This document shows, one piece after another, positions 32,485 to 44,600 of a stretch of DNA of 64,000 nucleotides. The stretch's first letter is position 1. Every line of letters begins with the position of its first letter. A program made the translations under genes and the position numbers. Location: positions 1,240,001-1,304,000 of the forward strand of contig JAMWBK010000008.1 in the NCBI GenBank assembly GCA_029953675.1. Direction: 5' to 3'. Source of the DNA: Rhodosorus marinus CCMP1338. Lineage: Eukaryota; Plantae; Rhodophyta. Below the pieces are notes generated by a model. That model ran no database searches and was not told the DNA's origin. It saw only the letters and a program-made list of their open reading frames with translations.

Positions 32485-35400
32485 GTAAACTTTACTGGGC
32501 AGCTGCCTACTGCAGCGTATCACTAGTGCTACTACTATCTAGGGAAAAGCTTACGCTATCCCCGCTACCGGGGTCTCATGCTACGTTCGAAAGAAAAAAC
32601 AGGGACCAGTGGATTCGCCAACTGGTCCACTCGGAGAGCGCCTATCGCGATCTCCGCGTTCCCCTGCCATAATTTCCTGTTGATTTGAGCCCGAACATCG
32701 CTCAGGTTCTAGGCACCGGTGCAGCAAATGTTTGCAGCTATCTCGTAGAAATTCTTGGGCCATTTGTCCTGTACGCCCAAAGCTCTCGATCGCAATGGGA
32801 ATGAACATGTCTTCTGGCTTCTCCACTGACATAGCCTCTTTGTAATGCGCGAGTTTCCACCTCTTCGCTCTTTTCGCTGCATAGCCGTTCTCTGACCCAC
32901 TCCGGTTCACGTATTTCTCCTGCAGTGGCGATGTAACGGTCACATCCAGTGCATACCTTTAGAACGTCCTGGGATGAGTGGCAATATATCCGGTCTTAGT
33001 CGGTAGTTCTCGAAGTGCCCCTCCGGTTCTTGCTTAATGTCGATGAAATTCCATCGATTCAGCCATCGCGCCAGCTGTGTACAGATTTCGTCCTGCCTTC
33101 GCTGCCGTAGTCCCGTCGACGTTGGGCAGTGGTGAAACCTTTGTACACCGTTAGTACCATGACTACTACCACAACTAGTACACTTTCCCGACGTCTGTAT
33201 TCCCGGTATCGGCAAGCCCAACAGCTGTCGTACATTCACTTGCAGTTCTGCTGTGCTCAGTTTTTTCGGCGCGAGCGTCGGCATTTCCCGTAGCCACACT
33301 CCTGATCCAGCTCCGGCTGCGCACCTAATTCTGGCCCGATCTTCAGCCGAGATTTGCCCGTGGGATTTACCAGTCCTTGGAAAGCTGCGGGGTGTGCCTC
33401 TCTGGAAAGGGTTTGTTGAATGGAACCATGCTTCCATGCTGGGGGGTCGGCTTGTTCTGCTCCTGGGGCGGTTTCGGTTCTCGGCTTCAGAGTGGCCAAG
33501 CTCTTGATTCGCTCTGGGGTCTCTGGGCGCAGTCTGCGTTGTGTTGCTGCTGCTGCAGGCGCGCGGATTTGGTCAGCAAGCTGTGCTGTCGACCTTTGGA
33601 TTCTCCTCAGTGTGTGGTTGTCTGCAGGTGCCTCTGAAGATGATTGCTCTTGTACCTCGGTGAGATATGGCCATTCCCCGTTATTACCTTTGAAAGTTTC
33701 GCACCAGGCCGAGTAGAAGGCGATGGGCTGGATCCGTTGTCTCGTAGCGAATCCCAGTCCTCCCCATCGACAGGGGAGTGCGATCTGGGCTAGTGTAGAG
33801 TTTTGGTGGTCAGGGTCCTCGGTGTCCGCAGTAGTGAGGCCTCCAAATAGCGTATCGAGGTGATCACGCGTCAGGGCGTCCGCTTCCCGTGCAAGTGTTC
33901 TTCCAAAGGGGTAGGCGAGGCAGCGTAGAAAGTAGTCTAGGCGGGGTTCAGAACAATACCGGAAGAGTGCCAGTTTCGTATTCAGTTCCTCAGGGGGCAG
34001 GTGAATTATATCCTTGAATAGTTTCTCGTGGCTGTTTTGTATCTTCCGGCACTCGCTTTGGATGTAAGCGCGTGTTCCAATCGGGATGGAATGGATGGTA
34101 ACTCCGTCTCGCGTCGCCGTGACGCCAGGGATGTCATGGCTGAGCAGTCGTGCCGTACAAGGTGCACTTGGCAAGCTGCAGTCGGGCTCCGAGTGAGGGA
34201 AGTAGTGCCTGACCCCAGTGTAGTGAATCTTTCAGTAGTTGCAGCGGCCCTACGATGGTGATATCGTCGTGGATCGCCACAATGGTTAAATTAGGGGCTT
34301 TGTTGTGCAATGCTTCCAAGAAAGGCGTCAGGGAGAGCGCATGTAGGATTGGCCCTAGGGGATCTCCCTGTTGAACTCCCGTCGTGGCCCGAAGCGTCAA
34401 GCGATGGGTGTCGTCTTGGTCCGGCCGACGAGTGTAGGAGCGTCCGTGCTGTCATTTCCGTAGCCAAGCCGGTACACGGCTTCCAGCTCGGGGAAATGGT
34501 GGTCCAGGATTTGCTTTGCGATGCGGCGGTCGATGCGGTTGAACGCATTCTCCAGGTCGAGCCGTAAGACCACGGCGTCAGGTTCACACGAGATATGGGC
34601 CTGGATCGCGTGTAGTGATCGTTCACATCCACCGCTAACTCCGATGCCTAGTTGTAGAGGTGTGAGCAGTTCGCTAACGCGGTCGGTAACCGATCGAAGG
34701 ATCCACTGTGTGGCCACCTTTCGAGGACTTCGGGGACTCCAATCGGCCGGATGCCAGGTCCCGTTGGAGCGGTTGTGTTGCTCGTGGGTTTTTCGAACGG
34801 CAGTAATCTGCTGCTGCGCATTGCCCAGGTCATCGGGGGGTGCAAACTTTTCTGGTGCGTAGCTAGTTGCCGGAGAACGCGGATTAGAGCCACTTGGACG
34901 TCCTGAGTGGCCCCCTGCAGGTGTTCTGCTCGGAGTCCACTAGGTCCGGGGCTGGTACCTTGGGGAAACCGGGCTATTATCGCGAGAATACCTTCATCTG
35001 CTGCTTGTCGAGCATTCCATCTTCTCCTGAGATTATCGGTGTCCTTGGATAGCAGGAGTTGTAGGGCTTGGTCGACCTCCTCCGGTAGGGAACACTCCGT
35101 CGGGTCCGGAAAGAGTTCCTCCAATTGGTGCCACGTAGCGTTGGTAAATGGAGCCAGTTCGGTGGCCTGTAATCGTCGGGCCGCGTGTGAAAGGCGTCCG
35201 AGATGTGCCAATTTCAGGGCCTGTTCTCGGCGCTTTTGCGCCGTTTCTGAGCTATCTCAGGTCCGCTTAGTGCCGTGCGAGGTGTCTGGTTGGAGGCATA
35301 TTCCTCCAGAGCAGTCCAGACTGTGTGAAACTCGCCTTCGAGTACGTGCGTGACCTGCGTGCCGATTTGAAGAGCAGTATACCCTAGGACCAATCCTGGG

Positions 35401-37232
35401 AGCCCGGAGAGGAAGAGGCTGGCATTCACTGGTGCGCTGCGGTCCATTGAGAGCTCCAGGGCGACCCGAAGGAGGCTGCTCCAGGCGTTGACGTGTGCAC
35501 GACGCACGAAGCTCCGAGTAGGGGCGGGGCAGTGTGCGAGACGAGTCCACAACCTACCTCTGTCCGTGATATCTTTGACGAAGACATTCCAGCGCTCAAT
35601 CCAGTCCTGTCGCTTGGAGAAGAAAAGAGGCTCTTCCTGTCTCGTTTGATTCCCCTACGTCGGCTCGTTATTATTTTCGGTTGTCTTCCTGACTGGTCTG
35701 GATATCCATCGCATTATCGTGGGCTTCGGAGGGGGTCTGGGCATCGTTATCGCGCTGAGGTGCTTCTGGGGCTGCGAGAGTCAATCTCGGTGTCATGGCA
35801 TGTGCCTGCTGCTGTCACGCGTGTGCGCTTCTGTTGGGGAGGCTCCGGAAGGTTGTGCGGGAGCTCGGCGTGTGGATTTTCCTCTTCGGCATCCATCTGT
35901 GGTAGTTGAGACGTGGCGCTGGAGTCACCCGAAGCGTCAACGGTCCCGCGGGCTGCCTGTGCGGCTCCGTGAGGAGCCGAGGCTTCTGGGGCTGCGTGTG
36001 TAGCTGCTGCAGTCTCAAGGGGTTCCACACTCTCCCCGGCGACCGCTGGTGGATGTTGTAGGCCTTGTAACGCTCGTAGACGCTCTTCCAGCGTTTCATG
36101 GACGGATGCGAGAGTAGAGAACGACAAAGAGCAAAGGATGGCCCCTGAGGATATCCCGTTGTAGCCCAACAGGTTGTCAGCCTCCAGTCCCTGTCCTGTT
36201 TGGAGGATCACTTGCCGTTCAGGATGTCTCAGTGTGAACGATCCAAAGATCCCTGTTCTGAAAACGCCTCGAGCGATAGCGCTCTGCACAATCGGGATTG
36301 CATCCGGATGTCAGAGCAAACTTGCGTGTGATGATGAAGTCCACATGCGCGATGTGAGAGGCTGGGATTCCCAGCGCGCGGCAGAGGACGGTGGTGAAGT
36401 CCGAAGGTGCCACATCATCCTGCCTTGGAGGGCGGACGTTTCGGAGGGTGGCAAGGATCGGTTTGGTCTCTGGTCCTCAGGTTGCTCCCTCCACCGTAGC
36501 GTGCAGCTGTCTCAGGGTAGCTTGCTGGGTCTGCGGCCCTGGGCGTCCTACTGTGCGGGTTTGTGCTGCTTCTCCGCGCACTGAGGCTTTCTGAGCCGTG
36601 CGCTCATCGTAGGTAGGTTGTGCACTGCCATTCCCGATGACTGGGAAGGCCTCTGCGTAGTCCACTGGGACCGTGACACCTGTCCTCAGCGGAAGTTGAT
36701 TGAGACGCGTTCCGGCTGCATGTTGATTGATGGCCGCCGCCGGCGGGTGCTGTTGCAGGATTTTGGAAGGGTCTGGCGCTGCGGCTCCACCGTGGCACAT
36801 ATAAGGTTTTGCTGAAAACTCGGAGAGACGTGCGGTAATTCCTTCGAGTTCAATGGTGCTGTTAATCCGTGAGTACAGTTTGAATACAGCCTGGTAGAAG
36901 TCCGCGACAACTGCTTCACCAATTCCCAAGTCCTGATAGCATCGGTCGGAGGCGCGAAGTTGGTGCAAAATGGCTGTCGCAGGTCCAGTTGCCTCTTGAG
37001 TCTCCATCCTGTAAGCCTCCTGTGTGTTCGCTGCTTCGAAATCCTGTGTGCTTGTTGTCCTGCCGCTCGGTTCTGGCCTCCGACTCCCATTCGGTGTCGC
37101 CATCCCCTCTTCGCCTGGGCCAGGGCCGTTGGTGCCCGGGTGGCGGAGAGGTGCTGGGTCCTGTCCCAGCGTCTCCTTCTCGATCATAAAGCTTTCCTTA
37201 ATAAAACCTCACCGTATATTTGTGCTTGTTCT
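32485..37232 (-). mobile_element. Lineage A element E1: apparently full length (~4.75 kb), multiply frameshifted
   Basis: ATG at 37187 after a ~45-nt 5' UTR. RT motifs LDLENAFNRIDR, TGVQQGDPLGP, AIHDDITIV; knuckle CTSC..FHHCP; RLE motifs LRPDI..DVTVTSP..FIPIAIESFG. Flanked on both sides by the 16-bp repeat. Confidence 0.92.
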
Positions 37233-37295
37233 CAGACTAACGTAACCACCCCCCAGACTAACGTAACCCCAGACTAACCCCAGACTAACGTAACC
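37233..37295 (-). repeat. Telomere-like repeat tract, about 4 units with variants
   Basis: cagactaacgtaa ccacccccc agactaacgtaa cccc agactaa cccc agactaacgtaa cc. Confidence 0.92.
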
Positions 37296-38807
37296 GTAAA
37301 CTTTACTGGGCAGCTGCCTACTGCAGCGCAACACTACGTCTAACCTATCTAGGGAGAAACTTACTGGAACCCCGCTACCGGAGTCTCATGCTACGTTCAA
37401 AAGAAAAAACAGGCACCAGCGGATTCTCCAACTGGTCCACGCGCAAAGCGCCTAGTGCTATCTCTGCATTACCTCGCCATAGTTGCCGGTTCATCTGCGA
37501 TCTCACATCTCTCAGCTCCTCACTCCTGTGCAGTAAGTGTTTGCAGCTGCGCGGAGGAACTCTTGCGCCATTTGCCCCGTACGCCCAAACGTCTCTATCG
37601 CTATCGGGATGAACTTGTCATCCGGTCTCTCGATCACCATCGCTTCCTTGTAGTGAGCGATTTTCACTTCTCCGCAGCTCTCGCCGCGTATCCGCCGCAA
37701 ATATTTTCCCTGTAATGGTGACACCACAGTCACATCCAGCGGATACCTTTGTTTGGTCCTGGGATGCCTAGCCACGATATCAGGTCGCAGTCCGTAGTTC
37801 TCGAAGTACCCCTCAGGTTCTTGCTCTACGTCCATGAAGTTCCATCGCCTCAGCTACCGTGCCAACTCTCTGCAGATTTCGTCGTGCCTACGTGCCATAG
37901 TCCAGTTGATGTTGGGCAGTGATGAAACCGTTGTACCCCAGTCCTTCCGTGTTTACTCCGGCAACTAGTGCACTTCTCGGTGGTCCGCAATCCCGGAATT
38001 GGCAGCCCCAGCAGTTGTCGAACGTTTACCTGCATCTCAACCGCACTCAATTTTTTCGGTGTCATCGTTGGTATTTGACGCAGCCAGACTCCCGATCCGG
38101 ATCCCGCGGCGGACCGTATTCGAGCTCGGTTTTCAGGGGAGATTCGTGGGTTGGTGACCAAGCTTTGGAATGCAAAGTGGTGTGCCTCTCTCGAAGGTTT
38201 GTTGTATTGAACCATTATTCCAAGCTGCAGTCTCGCCCGGTGCGCTTCGAAGAGATGTTTCTCGCGGTTGTTGCAGGGTAGTCAGTGCCAAGATCCGGGG
38301 CGGGGTTTCTGGTCCGAGCTTCCGTTGTATTGCTCGCGACGATGCACAGATCTGGTCCGCCAGCTGTGCAGTCGACCATCGTTGCTCCGTCGGCTCGTAT
38401 GTATCTGGTGAGCGTTCTGCCGAAACCTCCCGCTCTAGTTCAGTCAGGTATGGCCATTCATCTTCATTGTTCCGGAAGATGTTTCTCCATGACGAGTAAA
38501 ACGCGATGGGTTGGACGCGCTTTCGAGTAGCGAAACCCAACCCCCAGCGGCAGGGCAGAGCGATTTGGTCCGAGATCAGCCTGCGTACTCGTCGTCCTCT
38601 ACAGCTGTCGTAGCGAGGCCTCCGAATAGAATTTCCAGATGATATCGGGTCATCATATCGGCCTCGCGCGCCAGAGTTCTTCCAAACTCGTATGCGAGGC
38701 ATATTAGAACATAGTCTAGAGTTCTTCCAAACTCGTACGCGAGGCATCGTAGAACATAGTCTAGAGTTCTTCCAAACTCGTACGCGAGGCATCGTAGAAC
38801 ATAGTCT
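37296..38807 (-). mobile_element. Lineage A element E2: 5'-truncated (~1.5 kb)
   Basis: Starts at LDYVLRCLAYEFGRT; contains CTSC..FHHCP, LRPDIVARHP, FIPIAIETFG and the conserved 3' UTR. Confidence 0.9.
38673..38807 (-). repeat. 45-bp unit triplicated at the 5' junction of E2
   Basis: Units at 38673-38717, 38718-38762 and 38763-38807, each encoding LDYVL(R/I)CLAYEFGRT. Confidence 0.92.
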
Positions 38808-38827
38808 AACCCCAGACTAACGTAACC
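38806..38827 (-). repeat. Telomere-like repeat
   Basis: ctaaccccagactaacgtaacc. Confidence 0.9.
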
Positions 38828-41800
38828 GTAAGCTTTACTGGGCAGCTGCCTACTGCAGCGTAACACTACTTCTATCGCTATCTAGGGGAATACTTACTCG
38901 AACCCCGCTACCGGGGTCTCATGCTACGTTCTAAAGAAAAAACAGGCACCAGTGGATTCTCCAACTGGTCCACGCGGAAAGCGCCTAGCGCTATCTCCGC
39001 ATTACCTCGCCAAAGTTGCCGGTTTATCTGCGATCTTAGATCGCTCAGTTCTAGGCTCCGGTGCAACAAATGCTTGCAGCTGTCCCGCAGAAACTCCTGT
39101 GCCATCGGTCCAGTCCGCCCAAACGTTTCTATTGCAATTGGGATGAACTTGTCATCCGGGTGTTCTATCGTCATCGCCTCCTTGTAGTGTGCTTTCTTCC
39201 ACCTCTCTGCACATCTTGCTGCATATCCACTCTCCGCTTCACTACGCCTCAGATACTTCCCTGCAACGGAGACACAACCGTCACGTCCAGGGCATACCGT
39301 TGAAATGTCCTCGGATGCGTAGCAATGATGTCTGGCCGTAGCCCGTAATTTTCAAAGTAATTATCTGGCTCCTGCTCGATGTCCACAAAGTTCCACCTGT
39401 TCAGCCACCTTGCGATCTCCATGCATATCTCGTCATGCCTACGTTGCCACAGGCCAGTCGACGTGGGGCAATGATGAAAGCGTTGTACTCCGTTTGCACC
39501 GTGTTTACCACGGCATCGAGTACACTTTTCCGTAGTCCGCCCCGGAATCGGTAGCCCCAGTAGTTGTCGGAGATTCACCTGTATTTCGATCGAGCTCAGC
39601 TTTTTCGGCTCCAACGTCGGCAGTTCGCGCAGCCAGACTCCCGATCCGGAGCCCGCCGCGGACCTGATTCGAGCGCGATGTTCGCCCGGAGATGCGCGGA
39701 TTGTTAACCAGGCGTTGGAATGCTGAATGGTGTGCCTCCCGAGAGAGAGTTTGTTGTGTAGAACCATTATTCCAATCGCCACAGTCTTCTGGGGCGTCTC
39801 CTGGGGGGTTTTCCCTCGTCTGCTGCAGGGTGGCCAGTCTTCTGATCCGCGGCGGAGTTTCGGGGCGCAGCCTGCGTTGTATCGCTCGAGCAGATGATTT
39901 TTTCTGGTCTGCAAGGTGTTCTGTGGACCATTGTAGTCGTGTCACGGTGTTAGTAGCCAGAGTTCTGTCTGTATAGCCTGCCTCTGCCTCTCAGCGATGT
40001 AAGGCCAGTCGCCGGTATTGCTTCGAAAGGTATTTGTCCAAGCCGAGTAGTAAGCGATAGGTTGGATACGCTGTCGAGTAGCGAACCCCAATCCCCCCCA
40101 CCGGCAAGGCGGCGCAATCTGTTCCCAGATGTGTCCCAGGTGCTCATCGTCCTCCATGCCAGAGGTAGCGAGGCCTCCGGGCAAGGTTTCCAGATTATAT
40201 CTCGGCATGGCATCCGCCTCCCGTGCCAGACTGCGGCCGAACGGGTAGGCTAGGCATCGTAGCAGGTAATCTAGGCGCGTTTCAGCGCAGTACCTGAACA
40301 ATGCGACCTGTGCGCTAAGTTCATGTTGCGGTAGCTGTGCAACATGAACGTGCACTTGGCCTCCAGGAACGGGCGATCGGTGATTTGGTGCTCAGTTTCG
40401 TTGCAGCTCGCAACGGCAAACTGCAGGGGCGCACTTTCCTCTGATTCCTCATACGCGAGGATGAGTATTGGCATCAGCTCCGGGAAGCAGGCTTCAGCTA
40501 CCAGTGCCGCCACTCTCCTGTCGATCCGGTTGAACGCGTTCTCCAAGTCGAGTTTCAGCATCGCGTGTTGAGGTTCGTAGTATAAGTGGGCTTGAACGGC
40601 GTGTAGGGCTTGTTCACATCCGCTACGAACAGATATTCCCAGTTGCTATGGAGTAAGAAACGTGCTCAGTCTGTTGGAAACCCCGCGAAGCACCCCCCAC
40701 TGGGCTGCCAACTTTCGTAAAACTTCTGGAACCGCGATCGGGCGAACACGAACTCGTCGAGAGACTTCGATTTCAGAGGCGTCTTCCTTGTCGGGCTTCA
40801 TGAAGGGCAGCAGTCGGCTGCTACTCAGGGCTTGCCGCAGTGTACGTGGAAATATTTCAGGGTTCTTCACGAGACGGCGCAGGAACCGTACCAGCAGAGG
40901 CCTATTCGTTGGAGTCACTGCCTGTAGATGCTCGGCGCGAAGGGCACTTGGCCCAGAACCCGTTTTTGACGGGTGTTTATTGATCAGTGTGAGGAGTGAT
41001 TCGTCGCTCGCGTCAGACGGGTTCCTTTTGCGGGGAGGGTGCTCCCTAGCTTCGTCGAGAATTCGATTCATTTCTTTCGCAACATCCGGATGTAACGGTT
41101 CCATCGAGGCCTCTGGAAATAGCTCACGCAGAGCATTCCACGTGGACGACGTCTGCGGTGCGAGCTCCGTGGCCTCCATGCGCTGTGCAGCTGCAGAGAG
41201 CCGTCCAGAATGGGCCAGCTTCACAACCTGTCTGTTTTTCCACGTTTCTCTCTGGTTATCAGCTCTCCTCTCACGAGGAGAGGGCTGACTGGTGGCCGGC
41301 ACATTTAACGCCTTCCATACAAGTGAGAATTCACCCTCCAACAGATGCCCCATTTGTTCCCCGATCTGAAGATCACAGATCCCTAGCGCCAGGTCAGGTA
41401 GTGCCATGATGAAGAGGCGTAAAAGCGGAGCAGCTGCAGTGTTCAATGCGAGACCTAGAGCACGGTTGAGTAGTAGGTTCCAATGCTTGACCTGGGCATT
41501 AGGTACGTGTTCACGGGTCCGTACAGGGCTATGTGTGACCATCCACCAGCGGCGGCCGTCGTCCGTCTGTGCAACTAGGAACATGTGAAGCCTTTGTTCC
41601 CAAGCCTCCGGATCCGTGGTGATCAGCGCGGTGTCTCGCAGCCGCTTTCTCGAGCCTGGGACGCTCATGATTGGGCGTTTTCGGGTGCAGATGGGGTATC
41701 CCCCTGTCTCGGCTTCTTCAGAGATCGTGTTTCGTCGGTGGTGGGGGTATCTTCGTCACTTCCATACTGCTCGGCTGGACCTCTGAGCTGCCGGTACCCA

Positions 41801-43233
41801 AAGTTTCAGAGGGCACAATATCTGGCGGTATTTCGCTTTGTGCATTGTTCGGTGTGACTTCAGGAATCGGTGCACTTTCGTTATCGGGTCCTGTCTGCAG
41901 CGGGATCTCAATCTCTCCTACCGTAATAGCGGAGGCCATGCGGTGGGCTTCGGGTTCCTGCGACTCAAGGCGCGAGCGCAGATACTCTATACGAGCATCC
42001 AGGTGTGCATGGATGGAAGCCGAGGTAGTGAACGGCATCGACCGCAGGGAAACCAGGCGCTTAACTCTCTGCATCTGTTCAATGGCTCGTTCAAGTGTGC
42101 GTTGGCTAACTTCATGTGCCTGCAGTGTGAGCCTCTCATTGTACGCAATCAGGTTCCGCGCTTCTCGCTCGACTCCGGTGTGAATGTTTACCTGGTGATC
42201 TTGCAGGCGTCTCGCGAAGGATCCAAACACACCTGAGCGGAACACACCCCTCGCAATGGCGCTGGTGATCAACGGTATCGCGCTGGGTGGCATACCAGCA
42301 GTGCGTGGGTGGCGACAAAGTCGATATGTGCAATCAGGTGTACCGGGACACCCAACTCTGTGCACAGGACTTGTTTGTAATCCCAGAGCGCCACCAATTC
42401 GTTGCGCGGCGGGCGTACGTTGCGCAACGTCGCGAGCACCGGGTGTGTATCGGGGCCCCATCTACTTCCTCCAACCGTGGCATGCAGTTGTCTGAGGGCT
42501 GTCTGCTGACGCATCCCGGCGGCTTTGGCCGCACGCTGTGCGTACGTGCCACTGTGAGGGGTATGTCCCAAGGCGGGGAATGCTAGATCCTGCTGTCCCA
42601 CCCCAGACTGTCCCACCCCAGACTGTCCCACCCCAGACTGTCCCAAACTCCGCTGTCCCAGTTGCTGTTGTCCCATGGCGTGCAACTCTCGGTGTCCCAC
42701 CCCACATTCCTCTGTTGACTGATCCGTGGATTGAGCCCAAGTTGATAGGGCATCTTCTGGTTCTGTCCACGGCGGGGGTGAGCTCCTTGCGGCACTTTCG
42801 AGGGGTTCCACACTGTGGGGTTTGCACCCAAACGCTCCAGATGATCATTAATCCCCTTCAGGTCAGCCGTTGTGCCTGCTCTGGTGTACAACCGGTCGAG
42901 ATAACGAAAAAACGCTGCATCTCTGCGACTGCCACCCCAACATCTTCGTAAAGGCGGTGTACTTCGAGAACTTCTGCATGAAGTCCTGTAGAAAGTTCTC
43001 GTCTGAAACCGTTGACGCAGTGTCCATTGTATCCGCTGGAGTATCACCATTGGTAACCTGATGTACATACTGCACCGGGTTTTCTTCGATTTCACCCTCC
43101 TCAAGCTGATCAGCGCGACAGGCTTTGTCTCCCCGAGGGGCCCTCTCATCACTCAAGATTCCCTCCCCAGCCGGGAGGGGTTCTCCCACGTTGGTCATCA
43201 CTCTCAAATAACCACTTCTTGTGTGACCAGATA
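38828..43233 (-). mobile_element. Lineage A element E3: both ends present, RT core internally deleted (~4.4 kb)
   Basis: ATG near 43197; GSGPSALRAEHL, RPIAVPEVLRK, LDLENAFNRIDR. No QGDP/HDD segment is visible before QLPQHELSAQVALFRYC. RLE and 3' UTR are present. Confidence 0.88.
42593..42675 (-). repeat. 15-bp in-frame tandem repeat (GQSGV) inside E3
   Basis: ccccagactgtccca x3 plus degenerate copies. Confidence 0.85.
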
Positions 43234-43255
43234 CCCCAGACTAACGTAACCCCAG
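43234..43255 (-). repeat. Telomere-like repeat
   Basis: ccccagactaacgtaaccccag. Confidence 0.9.
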
Positions 43256-44094
43256 GCACTTTCAGGCGTTTGAGGAATTGGTGGAGAACCCGGGGATTAG
43301 TGAGACGGTACATGCGCATCTCCGTTCCTGCACCGGACCAGGAGGGGGCACCTGGCTGCGAGAATTCCACTCGAGACACCCGCGCGGTCTGAACACTGAC
43401 GAATTGAACTGCTGGGATTGCCGCGGCCGAGAGTACTTACTTAGTACATGAACTATATGCTGGCACGCCATGACCCTGCAGGCCTCGCCTCTGCACCAGC
43501 TCTACAGGGAGCTCGACCTGCGACACAACATGGTTCGGGATGCTCTTGCTGCACAACTCAGATAATGGACACTGGATGTGACGCTGGAGCCTAATGGACA
43601 CTAACCATGCACCCAGCTTCGACCGGACATTTCACCACGCCATCCTCCGACCGGGAGGCTGTACGTGATCGACGTAAAATTGAACTCGCGGCTGCAAAGA
43701 CCTACCTACACAAAGCGTCCATACAGGCCGAGAAGTTTAAGGAGTCCAAATACCGGGATGCGATCGGAGCTCAGAATGACGACACTTTCGTGCCCTTCTG
43801 CGTGGAGACGTTCGGTGGGATGGATAAGCAAGCTGATGAATTCTTGAAAGAGGTGACTCTGCACTTGCAGCACCCATCGACACAAGTCAGCGAAGCACGG
43901 GCGACACTCAACCAGTGTTTATGGAACGGGAATGCACTACGGCGAGGCGCGCAGAATTGACGAAGGGAACTATGAGATCATCCCTGTAGTAGAACGTAGC
44001 CACACAACCTGTTAGGGGTTTTTAAACGCATAGATAGACTCCTTATTTCCTCTTGACGGGCTCCAACAAGGAGTCCTTTAGTAAAACGTTGACA
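43256..44094 (+). mobile_element. Lineage B 5'-truncated element, inverted relative to the array
   Basis: AFEELVENPGISETVHAHLRS..GGTWLREF, LRHNMVRD, FVPFCVETFG. The 3' UTR matches 10440-10542 and is followed by gttacg. Confidence 0.85.
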
Positions 44095-44100
44095 GTTACG

Positions 44101-44600
44101 GATTCGAGCTCTGTGTTCGGGGTCGTCTAGGCGATCCGTGACCAGCCGGGTGAAAGCAGTTTGGTAAGCCTCTCAGAGAGGGTTTCTTGGATTGAACCAT
44201 GCTTCACCACGGGCTGGTCAGGGGTGTGTTGTTTGGCAGGGGCGGTTGTCAGGTGTGTAGGGCATCCGAGTCTGTGGATGCGGGGGGAAGTTTCCGGGGT
44301 CATTCTCCTCTCCTCTTGATCGCAGCACTCGAGGCTGTAATTTGTTTTTGTGAGTAGCCGGTAGAGCGTTGAAGGTCCGAGGAACGGTTGGTGGGGTACG
44401 TAGCAAGCCCAGGCGGCGATGGCGCGATTCGGCGAGCATGATGCTATGCTATCGCCAGAGAGCGACTGTCTCAGACTCAGGTTCACTTCGTCCGTGTTGG
44501 TATCTCGATGAGAAGTCTCGCACCCAATTGCCGCCTCCAGACCCGGGTCATGAACGGAGACGCGCTCGTACCGTCTCACTAATCGCCGGGTTCTCCACCA
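44101..44600 (-). mobile_element. Rearranged fragment: B-like segment followed by A-like segment
   Basis: Begins ggtggagaacccggcgattagtgagacggtac (inverted copy of about 43281) and ends in KHGSIQETLS..DPEHRARI, similar to 10647-10737. Confidence 0.75.

Noticed and set aside
6430-43233. RT fragments as group II intron, retron, DGR or Penelope-like elements
   Set aside because: QGDPLGP-type RT with a downstream Cys/His knuckle and PD..D endonuclease, plus 5' truncations, fits RLE-type non-LTR elements. No GIY-YIG domain or intron structure was seen.
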